64,000 nucleotides of DNA from Mobula hypostoma (taxonomy: Eukaryota): contig NC_086101.1 of the NCBI RefSeq assembly GCF_963921235.1, forward strand, positions 1,984,001 to 2,048,000, read 5' to 3'. Positions 38,359-50,440 of the stretch are shown here, piece after piece. The position numbers and the translations under genes are program-made. The notes below the pieces were generated by a model. It worked only from the letters and a program-made list of their open reading frames with translations. It searched no databases and had not been told where the DNA came from. The first letter of the stretch is position 1. Every line of letters starts with the position of its first letter.

Positions 38359-38994
38359 TAATTGATCACATGCTGTAATTGGGCGTCGCGAGCTCATTAC
38401 GCTGGAAGGGCAGTAATCCTGCTGTATGGCTAAATGAAATTAATATCCTCTTCTATGTCCATCAATTCTTGGCTATCTAACCTCATCAACCTTCCTGCTT
38501 CTACTACTGCCTATTCCAAGTTATGTTTTTAAACCCCTCACATCCTTCTGGTATTTGACGTTTCTATTCTAGAGAAAAGATGGTAACTGTTCACTCTGTC
38601 ATGTCTTCCTTTGGACTATGACACTCCAGGGAGAGCAGCCCAAATTTGTTCCCATTTATGTCCTCCCTTATGCTACAAGCTGTTTACAGAGGCCAATACT
38701 TTATCTCAAAATAGAGAGCTGAACAGGCTCTTTGAGCCCTGCCACCCAACAGCCCACTGATTAACCCTAACCTGAACACGGGCAATTTACAATGACTGAC
38801 TAACCTAGTAATTGGTATGTCTGTGGAGTGTGGAGGAAGCTGGAACACCACAAACTCCGAATCTTTGTGGTGACTGGGGCTGTACGCTGGAGTCCTGGAG
38901 AAAGGCAGAGAGCGAGCCAGGCTGTAACCTACAACATTATAAGTACGACAGTTTTGTCTTGTGGAATCATTGCTCCCAATGTGATGTTTTCCAG

Positions 38995-39414
38995 GCAAAG
39001 ATCCAGCCGTAACAGACATCACGTTGGAAAAGAGGCTTCGGCAAAACAGGGCAGTTGCACTTCAGCACCTGGATGAGGTGGTGAAGAAGTACGCTGAGAT
39101 CCAGGACGTTAGCGAAATGGAGGAGGAGGAGAAGAGAAAGAAGAAGAAACAACAGCAGTCTACTGTCCCTCCTCCCTCCGAAGCAGGAAGGGAGAACGTC
39201 AGCGATGAACAAGAGGAGGTACAAAAGGTACCTGAGGCTGAAGGGGAAGGACAACAAGTGGACGTGGTGGAAAATGCTGCCTCTGACGATGAGGAGGAGG
39301 AGGAAGAGGATGATGAAGAAGAGGAAGATGAAGATTTGTCGTCTGAACCTGACATTGAAGAGGAGCTGTCTAAAATCGAAGAGGCAGTCGATGCTGAGGA
39401 AGAGCCCCAAGAAG
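38995..39414 (+). CDS. DAXX: DAXX coding exon 3 (end of histone-binding domain, acidic tract)
   Basis: KDPAVTDITLEKRLRQNRAVALQHLDEVVKKYA matches recalled human VDPALSDPVLARRLRENR...LDEVISKYA; acceptor ttttccag, donor GTATGA; phase 1/1. Confidence 0.95.
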
Positions 39415-40751
39415 GTATGATTAATCAATGCCCATGTCCTTCCCTTCCATTTATTTCTATGTGTTGGGGGGGGAGGAGACAGAGTAGTTCCTATTCTGCA
39501 TGAATTGTTCCTGGGATTTTGTTTACCATAAGTGCAGAATTAGGCCATTCAGCCCATCAAGTATGCTCCACCAGCTAATCTTGGCTGTTTATTTAACAAC
39601 TCCATTCTCTTGTCTACTCCCTGGAACCTTTAAACCACCCCTTACTGAGAAATGATGTGGCTTGTTTATATAAATCGTCGGGGGGGGGTGAACGAGAAAT
39701 GAAGGGGCAAAACTGAACATCCATCGCAATTGTGAATATTGCAGATAAGTTGAAATGTGGCAGTTCCCTCTCACCTCTGGACCATTGTGTTGAGTACAAG
39801 TAGATTCCTTCTCTGTACTGGATATCAGTCATCCTGACTACTTGTTCATCTCTGGGCAGAAAGGCAAAGTTACAATGCTGTGGTTGGAAATGTTCCAACA
39901 TGTACATCACTGAAGAATTTGCCCTGTGGGTCCCCTTTAAGTCTGCCACTATCAATTTAAGCCTATGCCCTCGAGTTGTGGACTGCCCTACTGAGGAAAA
40001 AGATTTCAGCTATTAACCTTGTCTAGTCTCCTCATAATTTTATAACCCTCTAAGTTCATCCCTTTGCATCCTATGCTCTGGGGGAGGGGGGCAGAGTGGG
40101 AAGGTGTGCTCCACTTTCTTTCCTCATAACACAAGCCCTCCAGTCCCACTAATAAACTCTTTAATCCTTTTTCTCCCTCTCCAGTATAATGACATCACTC
40201 CTGACCAGCATTTCTCTGGAGTTTTATCCAAATATTTGACTTGTAAAGTAAAAAGGCATCCATTAGTCTTGCGAGACCATGGATCTGCACCTGGAAAGTC
40301 TTCACTCTCCAGGGTGCAGGCCTGGGCAAGATTGTATGGAAGACCAGCAGTTGCCCATGCTGCAAGTCTCCCCTCTCCACGACACCAATGTTGTCCAAGG
40401 GAAGGGCAAGGGCCGATATAGCTTGGTACCAGTGTCGTTGCAGAGCAATGTGTGATTGTGTCTTGCTCAAGGACAGAACACGTTCCCTCGGCTGGGGAAC
40501 ACCTTCAGGTCGCTAGTCCAATGCCTTAACCACTTGGCGACGTGCCCACATTTGACCTGTATTGTGTCTTAAAGCAAAGCCTTTGTGTCTGTGTAAAGAG
40601 CTCACTGTTAGTGGACAGAAAATTTTCTAGTGTTGTCTGTTTCATGCTTAGTAGAAAGTTTAGCACTGCTGGTTCTCTTGCGGGATGGGGTGGTGAATGG
40701 GAGGCACAGGGACCCTTTCTGAATTAATTGCTATCCTCAACTGTGTTTCAG

Positions 40752-41634
40752 ATGAGAAATGTGAAGGCAGTGAGATTGATGAAGCTGAGGTTCAGTCTGA
40801 AAGCTCCTCCCAGTCATCAGATGAGAGTGAAGAAGATTCTGAGTCTGCAGAGGTCCAGGTTAGGGAGAAGTTGGACATAGCCTGCCCTTTGGAAGGTGGA
40901 GATGCCTCCTGTACTGAGAATCGCTCTGTCTGCACCAGCCACCCAGAGACAGAGTGTGACCTGGAAGGGAAGCAGCCCACAGGGGAGAGAGCTGCCATTG
41001 AGGGTGTCATTGGGCCGCCCAGTGCCATGGAAAAAGGAGATGCAGCAAGTAATGAGCTGGCATCCGTTGGCTCAAATGGTCAGGGTGGGAGTGTTCTCCC
41101 TGAGGAGGTCATCGGCTCAAGCAACAAGCACATGCCTGTCAGTACTGTGGGGCATGTTGCGATGCTTGACAGTACAGAGAGCCCTGAGGGAAAGGACCAG
41201 CTGGGAGTGGAGGGCAACACCATGCGAGAAGGGGTTGGAAATGCCGTGTCCAGCCCTGCAACATCTGAACGTGAGGAGGTGAAAGATGAAAAGCCAGCAA
41301 AGCCGGCTAAGAGAAAACGAGCAGACTCCAGTGGGCAGAACCTGGAGATGTCAGAACTTCCCTCTGAGACACGTGATGATACTCAGCAAGTAACCAACAA
41401 CCTGCCAGCATTCACTTGTGATGTCGGAACTTTGGCCTGCCCTGAGGCACAGTCTCAGTCTTTGACCCAGAGAGTCACTGCACACTTGGATAAAAAGTCC
41501 ATCACCCGTAAAGATCAGTTGTTGGAAACGGATAGACCGTGTCCAGAAACCTGTTTAACTACAGTAAACGGAAAAGAGGGAGAGGATTCACCAGTTACAA
41601 AGAGAATTAAACGGGAGAGAGATGTGGGGTGCCG
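40752..41634 (+). CDS. DAXX: DAXX coding exon 4 (long Ser/Glu-rich disordered region with basic NLS-like KPAKRKR and KRIKRER)
   Basis: 883-nt open frame in non-repeat sequence; acceptor tgtttcag, donor GTAAGT; phase 1/2 matches both neighbours. Confidence 0.88.
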
Positions 41635-42149
41635 GTAAGTGAAAGCTGAAGTTTCCATTTTTTTGTAATTCTTGCTGCAAATTGCCATTAAAAACCACCC
41701 AATTAACACCAAAATATCTGGCACAGATGGCTTTGACTTTATTGTTGCTTGTCCACCAGATGCTCAAGACCTTGGGGAAGAGGTAGGTCTGTCACACATA
41801 CCCAACCTGCTTACCTGGCAGCTGAGAGCAGGATGAGTGAAGATGCTTGTCTTAACTTGCCCTGGGCTGTGTTTTTACAACCAGCTTAAAATAGTTATAG
41901 GGATTGTGGAAGGGGGCTGGGAATGTGCTGACAGCCAGTGTAGTAAAGTAAGTATGAGTCTGTACATTTTGGATTTTTTCTTATTTACAACCAGGTTCAG
42001 CAAGCACCCTTCCAGTTTTACACTGTTTTCTCTTACATCTGTTGTGTTTTTTTAAACCTTTTGACCGGTTAATTTTGATAGACACGCCAAAAGAAGAAAT
42101 CTGGTACACAGACCAGTGCAGCTCAGGAGCAGCCCCTTCACCCCATAAT

Positions 42150-43628
42150 GTATCGCTGGAAGAAGAACATGATGAACCCTTTGCAGTTACCTGGTTTTCT
42201 GCATTAGTTGCTCAAAATGTGGTCTGATCTTAATCGAAGTCAATAATAGACAAACACAATCTGCCTGAACTCAAACAATTGTACTTTTCATGTCTTTATC
42301 AAAAGCATTGTTTAATCATTCACAGCCCAGGTTGGAAAAAAGTATATGTGAACCCTTGTATTTAATAACTGGTAGAACCTGCTTTAGCAGCAATAACCTT
42401 CACCAAACGTTTTCTGTAGCTGCTGATCAGACTTGCACAACAGCAAAGAGGAATTTAGACCATTCCTCCATACAGTTCATCAATACTTCTGGGATCTGGG
42501 ATGCCTTGCATGAACAGCCCTCTTCAGGTCTCAGTTGGGTTAAGGTCTGTTCTCTGACTTGGCTATTCTAAAACATGAACTGTCATCTTTTTTTAAACCA
42601 TTCTGTTGACTTATTCTTGTGTTTTGGATCATTGTTGCATCATCCAACTTCTATTAAGCTTTGGGTGACAGAGTGCTATCCTGACATTCTGCTGTAAAAT
42701 GTCTCGATACAGTTTTGAAATGGTTGTTTCCTCAACAAATGCAAGTTGTCCAGGCCCTGAGGGAATAAAGCAGCCCCAAACCATGACGCTTCTATCATCC
42801 ATCGTGCTTCACAGTTGGGATGAGGTTTTGGTGTTGGTTTTCCACTAAACATATAGTATGCATTTTTGCCAAAAAGTTCAACTTCTGTCCACAGAACATT
42901 GTCCCAGAAGCATTGTGGAACATCTGGGTAATTTTTTGCAAACTTGAGACATGCAGCAATATTTTCTTTTGGAGAGCAGTGGCTTCCTCCGTGGTGTCCT
43001 TCCACAAACAACATTCTTGTTGAGTGTTTTTCTTACAGTGGACACTTGAACCTTAGCAAGTTCTAGAGCTCCAGGTCTTTTGCTGTTACCTTGGGTTCTT
43101 TTTCACTTACAGCATTACACATTGTGCTCTTGGTGTGATCTTTGCAGGATGCCCATTCCTAGGGAGAGTTGCTACATTACTGAATTTCCTCCATTGGTAG
43201 GCAGTTTGTCGTACTGTAAACTAATGAACATTCAGCTCTTTGAAAGAAAAGCTTTTGTAGCCATTTCCAGCTTCATGCATCTCTACAATTCTTCTTCTAA
43301 GGTTGTCTGAAGGTTGCTTTGATCAAGGCATGGTGTACATAAACAGATCTTTCTTGGGAAGAGCAGGCCCTGTCAGTAACTGGGCAGGGTACCCCTACAA
43401 CCCACACCTCCCATCTTGTCTTGTTTTTTTTTTAAAACCTAGACTGCGATTATTTAAATGGTGTACCAGGTATTGACGAGAAGAAATACAATTGTTGGTG
43501 TTACTAGTTTTGGCAGATTGTGTTTGTCTGTTATTGTGACTTAGATGAAGATCAGAGCACATTTTGGAAGTAGTTAATGCAGAAAACCAGGCAATTTCAG
43601 AGGGTTCACAAACTTTATCTGACAACTA
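42150..43628 (-). mobile_element. Decayed Tc1-like DNA transposon with long terminal inverted repeats
   Basis: FWDNVLWT and PTVKHDG motifs; CCTGGTTTTCTGCATTA / TAATGCAGAAAACCAGG inverted ends; boundaries approximate. Confidence 0.82.
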
Positions 43629-43829
43629 TTTATTTATTTATTGAGACACAGCGTGGGATAGGCCCTTCTGGCCCTTTGAGCTGTGGAAGCCTACAACAGA
43701 TTTAATCCGAGCCTAATCATGGGACAATTTACAATGAACAATTAACTCGCCAGCCGGTACGGCTTTGGGCTGTGGGAAATGCTGAAGCACCCAGAGGAAA
43801 CCCATGCAGGCATAGGAAGAATGTACAAA

Positions 43830-44612
43830 CTCCTTACAGGCAGCAGACCAGGAAAGGCTCCCTTTATTGCCATTCTTTGCCAGTCAGACACTTTTTTCTG
43901 TGAAAGAAACTTTCCTGTAATACCGTGGGCTCGTAGCCCCTTTGTCAGAGACCTTCTGAAGATCCAGGTACACAACATTGACCAATTCTCCTTTGTCTAT
44001 CCAGCTGGTTCTTTCTTCAAAGAACTCCAACAGATTTTCAGGCAAAATTTTCCCTTTAGGAAACCATGCTGACTGTGGCATATTTTAATCATGGTCTCCA
44101 AGTACCCCATGACCTCATCCTTAATAATTGACTCCAGCCACTGAGGTCAGACTAATTGGCCTATAGTTTCCATCTGCCCCTCTCAGTTCTGGAAGAGTGG
44201 AGTGACATTTGCAATTTTCCAATCTTCCGAAACCGCTCCAGAATCTCGATTCTTGAAAGATAATTAATAATGCCTCCACAATCTTTCAGCCACCTCTTTC
44301 AGAACTCTGGGATGCAGACTATCTAGTCCAGATGACTTGTCTACCTTCAGACTTTCCTGTTTCCCAAGAACCTTCTCTAGTAATGATATTTTCACACACT
44401 TCATGACACCTGGGACTTCCACCATACTGCAAGTGAAGGCTGGTACAAAATACTTATTCAGTTCATCTGCCTTTTCGTTGTCCGCCATTACTACCTATCC
44501 AGCATCGTTTTCCAGCAGTTCAATATCCACTCACGCCTCTCGACACTTGGAGTATCTGAAGAAACATGGTATCCTTTTTAATATCATTGGCTTACTTTCA
44601 CATTCCATCTTT
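43830..44612 (-). mobile_element. CR1 fragment, host of the Vingi insertion; resumes at about 48375-48905
   Basis: KADELNKYF, LHPRVLKE and YLDLQK motifs. Confidence 0.8.
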
Positions 44613-44617
44613 ATTGA

Positions 44618-44671
44618 GTCAGGAACGTTCACGTCGTGACCCTGTTAATCCGAAAGGAGACCAATCCTGAC
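44618..44671 (+). ncRNA. HDV-like (CPEB3-type) self-cleaving ribozyme remnant at the 5' end of the Vingi element
   Basis: P2 GTCAGGA/TCCTGAC, P3 ACG/CGT, L3 TTCACGT, P1 3' strand GACCCT, G-T, P4 TCC-GAAA-GGA, J4/2 CCAA; the P1 5' strand is absent. Confidence 0.75.
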
Positions 44672-45349
44672 ATTACGCGCCAGACCAGGTGATCCAGTGG
44701 GTGGTAAAAGCCCACTGGAAATCTTGAAAATCGTTAGCCACAACATCAAAGGCTTCAGCCACAGTAAAGCAGAAATCCTGGCAAACTTAAAACCCGACAT
44801 CTTGTGCATCTCATAGGCTGAACAACCATGAACAACTATGTGCCAGGAATGCACTTGGCTAGCCAAACTTATGGAAGTGCCATCTTTGTTAAAGGGAAAT
44901 CTATAGTAATGAGCACAGCAAACATCCAAGCTGGCTCAATGGAACTTCTGAAAGTTGAAACAAAACACATAAATATCATCTTGGTCTACAGACCCCCTAA
45001 TGAACAATTCATGTGGCCATCTAACCTAGATCTCTAGGACAAAATGTACCTCATTATTGGTGACTTTAATAGCCATAGCACCAACTAGGGATACGAAGAT
45101 GACGACACAAATGGAGAAGTTGTATCATGGGCTCTAAGCAACAGCCTTGAGCTACTATACGAGTCAAAGGGCACCCCTACCTTCACAAGTGCCAGATGGA
45201 AAAAAGAATACAACCCAGACCTCGCCTTTGTTACCTCGGCAAGCTCCAACCTCGTCACGCGAACAGTCCTCTAACATATACCCAAATCCCAACACCGTCC
45301 AGTCCAGGTAGAATCCCTTCCAGTTCTGAGATATGTACCATCAAAGTAC

Positions 45350-46100
45350 TGTTCGGACTTCGTAATGTACCAGCAGCAAGAGATAACAAATTGAGTCGGG
45401 TTTTAATATAAAAATCACTATTTACATCTACTCAAAAATTTTGAACATTAAATAAACTACTTAAACAGAAGTTAACAATGTTATGCGTCTATAGCTCCCT
45501 TACAGTCAAACTTAGAACCTGTTCTTAACAAATCTTACTCAAGCACAGTCTTAAAGTGGCAGTTCAGAGAGTCCCAGTAATTCACGAAATAGGTGAGAGG
45601 AGAGATTTGTGGATTCACAGTGCAACGACGAGGCAGTCACGACGAATTCCAAAGATTCCACGGCTAGAGGACAAAGAAACGGTTACCGGAGATCCCAACT
45701 GAAGAATACTGTTCTGAAGTTCACGAGGAGCGATTTCACAAAGTGACTGTCACGAAATCCACACCCATGGATCATACGAAGGACAGACACATCCCCACAA
45801 TGAACAGTGTGCCGCTGATTAACCCAATCCTTTGGGTTTGGGTAAGCATTAGACTTTACCCTTCTCGATCTTGAGCTGTTCCCTGATCGCTCAAAGCCTG
45901 CAATCTTCATTCTCTCTCTCTTTCCTTCAACTCCCTTTCAGCAAAATGTCCACACTTCTTTTATACCGTCAGCATATGTCATAAGGTAACGCTCACAGAA
46001 ACAAAACTGTGGACCCCCAGTAAAACGAAACTGGGGACATGTGACACCCACAGTAAACGAAACTATGGACTCCCAGGAAAACAAAACTGGACACGTAACA
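45350..46100 (-). mobile_element. Solo LTR (751 bp, Ty3/Gypsy- or ERV-like) inserted in the Vingi ORF
   Basis: TGTT...AACA termini; 4-bp TSD GTAC at 45346 and 46101; removal restores YVPSKYLPRFNLRKANW; strand inferred from TATAAAA on the minus strand at about 45960. Confidence 0.85.
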
Positions 46101-48904
46101 GTACCTACCAAGATTTAACCTTAGAAAAGCAAATTGGACATCTTTTGCAGAATCGCTTGATCAACTTATCGATACCATACCACCAGAACCTGATCATTAT
46201 GATGAATTTGTCTGACTAATCTGGAAAGTAGCGCAGCAGAACATGCCCAGAGGCTGCAGAACCAAATATATTCAGGGATTGACGAGTGATATCAAGCAAA
46301 GTTATGATGAGTATGTCAACCTATATGACCAAGACCCACTTGGTCAAGACACAATTGAAATGAGAGAGTCAGTTCTGTCTCGACTGAGCCAACAGAGACA
46401 GTAGCGTTGGCAGGAACTGATAGAAAACACAGACATGACCAAGAACAGTAAGAAGGCATGGGCAGCTGTTCGGAAACTCAACTCAGACAATAGACCACCA
46501 CAGAGAATTGCTGCCGTAACACCCAATCAGGTTGCCCACCAACTAATCCTAAATGGTCGACCAAATAACAAGGAACGGAGGCAAAAGGAAAAGCAACATC
46601 AGGAGATGGAGTCAGCTCTCTCAAACGAGAATAACATCTTCCCACCTCTCACCCTAGAAGAATTAAAGGATGAAGTATCACAGCTAAAATCCAACAAAGC
46701 TGCTGGCATAGATGGGATTCTTAATGAATTCCGTAAACATCTTGGACCTAAAGCACTCCACTGGCTTCTGTCCCTTTTTAACTGTTGCCTAAGATCATTA
46801 AAAATACGTAAAAAGTGGAGAAGAGCCAAAGTTGTTGCTCTCCTAAAACTCAATAAAGACCCCAACATTCCTAAAAACTACAGACCGATTTCCTTGCTCT
46901 GCACCCTCTATAAACTCTACGAGACTCATACTGAAAAGAATATCCCCCTTAGTCGAAGATCTTCTAACACCAGACCAAGCTGGGTTCAGGCCAGGCCGCT
47001 CTTGCTGCGGTCAAGTCCTGAACTTAACCCAGTATATTGAGGATGGCTTTGAAATGCGACAAATTACAGGGGCAGTATTCGTTGACTTAACAGTAGCATA
47101 CGACACTGTGAATTACAGAGGCCTTCTTCTGAAATTATCTAAAATGTTAAAGAACTAAACCACAGTCAAAGTAATAAGAAGCCTCCAAGAAAATCGTAGA
47201 TTTTATGTAGAAAAGAATGGAATTAAGAGTAGGTGGTGTCCACAAAAGAATGGACTACCACAGGGATCAGTCCTGGCACCTCTGCTATTTAATGTCTACA
47301 CAAACGACCAACCAACCTTTCCTAGCACACGCACGTTTATCTATGCAGACGACCTATGCACAGCAACACAAGGTAACTCCTTCCAAGAAGTTGAAGTACG
47401 ACTGACAGCAGTCCTCGAAGCAATGAAGCAGTATTATGAAAAATGGTCTCTGGACCCAAATCCATCAAAAACTCAAGTGTGTGCATTCCACCTGAGAAAT
47501 CGAGAAGCAGCTCGGAAACTCAAGATTTTCTGGTGTGGGAAGGAGCTCGAACACCATCCAACTCCAGTTTACCTGGGCATGTCACTGGATAGGACGCTCT
47601 CCTGTGCCACTCACATCCAAAAACTCTGAGGGTAAGTTGGCTCTCGCAGTTCTCTCTTGCAGGCACGAAATGGGGAGCTAATCCTCACACACTTAGATCA
47701 ACTGCCCTAGCACTCTGCTCTACACCTGCAGAATACTGTGCACCTGTGTGGGGCAGATCAGCCCATGTGAAGAAAATAGACCTGTTGCTTAACGAAGCCT
47801 GCCGAATAATCACGGGCACACTGCGCCCCACACCCACTAACATCATTTACAGACTTGCAGGCATTGCTCCCCCAGAGATCCCAAGACACACTACAACAAA
47901 AATTGAAAAAGGTAAACAGAACTCTGATCCACGGCACCCACTACATCATCAAGTGCCAGTTTCCAACCGCCTAAAATCGAGGAAAAGCTTTGCTACAGTG
48001 GAGGAACGACCACACGGAACATCCCCCCAGACGTACAGGATTGACCTCCGGCAACAAACAGAAGCCAGAACCCCACCAAACAATACAGTGCAAGACCCCA
48101 CAGGAATGTTACCAGACGAGGCACTGCTTGACAGACGGAAGTGGTGCACTCTCAACAGAGCGAGAGCGGGAGTTTGTAGGACGGGAGATAATATGGTGAA
48201 GCGGGGTTTAAAGACCAGCCAATCCTGTGAGTGTGGCGAAAGGGTGCAGAACATTGAACACGTTCTGCGCAACTGCCCACTCTCACCTGATTTAGCTGAC
48301 ACTCACCTGCTCAGCGTCAACCAAACAGCACTAGAGTGGCTGGCTGTCTTGGTGTGACAAGCTATGCTGATGACCTTAACAATTCTCTGAGTTGTCTTCT
48401 GTTGGTTTTAAAAGCTTCCCAATCCTCTATCTTCCCATTAATTTTTGTTCTATTGTATGCCTTCTCTTTGGCTTTTATGTTGTCTTTGACTTCTTTTATT
48501 ACCAAATTTGTGTCATCTTTCCTTTGGGATGTGTATATCCTGTGCCTTCTGGTTTGCTTCCAGAAATTCTAGCGACCTCTGTTCTGCAATCATTCTGCCA
48601 ATCAATCTATCGATTTTGGCCAGCTCCTCTTTCATGTCTCTGTAATTCCCTTTACTCCACTGTAATATTGATACATCTTCACCTTCTCAACTTGCAGGGC
48701 GAATTTGATCATACAATAATGACTTGCTCCTTCCTAAGGGTTCTTTTACCCTAAGCTCCCTAATCGATTCTGGTTCATTGCACCACACCCAATCCAATCC
48801 CAATTCCAGCTCCTTAACACGGATTGTTAGAAGCTGCAGCTGGATACATTTCTGGCAGTTGTAGTTGTCAGGGACACTGGAGGTCTCCCTGCTTTCCCAC
48901 ATCC

Positions 48905-50440
48905 CTTAAGAAAAAGGGAGGAGGTCCTGAAGAGAGAATTCAGGGAGTTGGGTAGGAAACTGAAAAGCAGGGTCTCCGGGAAGTAATCTTGGGATTGCTG
49001 CCCATGCCATGTACTAACGAGCGCAAGAATAGCATGATCAGCCGTATTAATGCGTGGCTCATAGACTGGTGTAGTGGCAGGGCTTCGGGTTCCTGGATCA
49101 TTGGGGCCTCTTCTGGGGGAGGTACGACCTGTACAAAAATGATGGGTTACATCTGAACCCAAAGGGGTCCAATATCCCAGCAGGCAGGTTTAATAGAGTT
49201 GTTCAGGAGGGTTTAAACTAATTTGGCAGAGGGATGGGAACCGGAGTGATAGGGCTGAGGAAGGGAATAAAGAGGAAACAAAAATAAATCAAAGATAACG
49301 TGCAACAGAGATTATAGAGAGGATAGGCTGGAGGTGAGGCGTAATTACAGCCAGTGGGATTGAGTTACAGGGCAATAGAGGCGTGGTGCAGTTAAAACAG
49401 AAAGCAAATACTGGACTGGAAGTGTTATGTAGTCGGCCCTCCTTATCCACAAGGGATTGGTTCCGGGACCCCTCGCGGATACCAAAAAACGTGGATGCTC
49501 AAGTCCCTTATTCAGCCGGTCTCAGTGCGATGGACCTTAGGACCCAGCGGAACCCCGGACCTTATTTAACCTGTCTCAGTGCAGTGGTCATTAGGACCCG
49601 GCGGCAGAGCTCTGAATCCGCAGGGTTTCTGTTCACGAAAATGAATCACAATCACAATTGAAAATAAAGTGGAAATCATAAAGCGATCAGAAAGAGGCGA
49701 AACATCTTCGGTCACTGGAAAAACGTTAGGCTACAGTCGGTCAGCCATCAGAACAATTTTAAAGGATAAAGTGAGAAAGGCCCTGCCCCGATGAAAGCTA
49801 CAATTATTACTAAGCGACGCAGTGGTTTAATTATTGGGTTTTGGGTTTTTGATCCTTTACATCAACCCGGCACGGATGAAGAGTGCGCTCAGGAGCGATC
49901 TGTCACTGGATCGAACGCGGGAACTTCCATTCCCGAGACCGGCGCTGAAACATACGTTTCTTAAGTGTTTTATATGCATAGAAAGGTAAAATATATACTA
50001 TATACTAAGACAAACGTTTGATTAACTGACGCTAAATAATACCGGATGTACCTGTTCTGACTGACTTAGTAGGAGAACTTTTTCTTTGATCCTGATTCAC
50101 GATAACCTATGCACATCCTCCCGTATACTTTAAATCATCTCTAGATTACTTATAATACCTAATACAATGTAAATGCTATGTAAAATAGTTGTTACACTGC
50201 ATTGTTTAGGGAATAATGACAAGAAAAAAGTCTACGTACTTGAACAACAAGTGCTGGAAGAGCACTTCTGGGTTTTCTCGATTCGTGGTTGATTGAATTC
50301 ACGCATGCGGAACTCGCAGATAAGGAGGGCGGACTGTATTTGAATGCACACAGCATAAGAAATAAAATGGGCAATCTTGAAATGCAGCTACAGATTGGCA
50401 GGTATGAAGTTGTGGCCATCTCTGAAACTTGGCTAAAGGA
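48905..50440 (+). mobile_element. CR1 5' region (ORF1 esterase-like part and start of APE), interrupted by a Tigger-like element
   Basis: REFRELGRKLKSR, DGLHLN and YLNAHSIRNK...YEVVAISETWL motifs. Confidence 0.8.
49430..50336. mobile_element. Non-autonomous Tigger/pogo (MER2-like) DNA transposon
   Basis: TIRs (T)AGTCGGCCCTCCTTATC / GATAAGGAGGGCGGACTG followed by TA; internal segments resemble the recalled MER2 consensus. Confidence 0.85.

Larger units (their letters stand above)
44613..48374 (+). mobile_element. Near full-length, decayed Vingi/Ingi-type non-LTR retrotransposon (single ORF: APE, RT, CCHC finger; no ORF1, no RNase H seen)
   Basis: LKIVSHNIKG, GDFNSH, YNPDLAF, KAAGIDG, YRPISLL, GLPQGSVLAPLLFNVYTND, YADD, KWGANPHTLRSTALAL, CECGERVQNIEHVLRNC; GATGA tail; clade call from recalled family architecture. 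Confidence 0.8.

Noticed and set aside
33115..41634. DAXX exons 2 and 4 are both 883 nt
   Set aside because: No sequence similarity between them; treated as coincidence.
44642..44664. Hammerhead reading of CTGTTAA-TCC-GAAA-GGA-GAC
   Set aside because: It lacks the CUGANGA box and a GAAA after stem II; the HDV-like fold explains all the pairings better.
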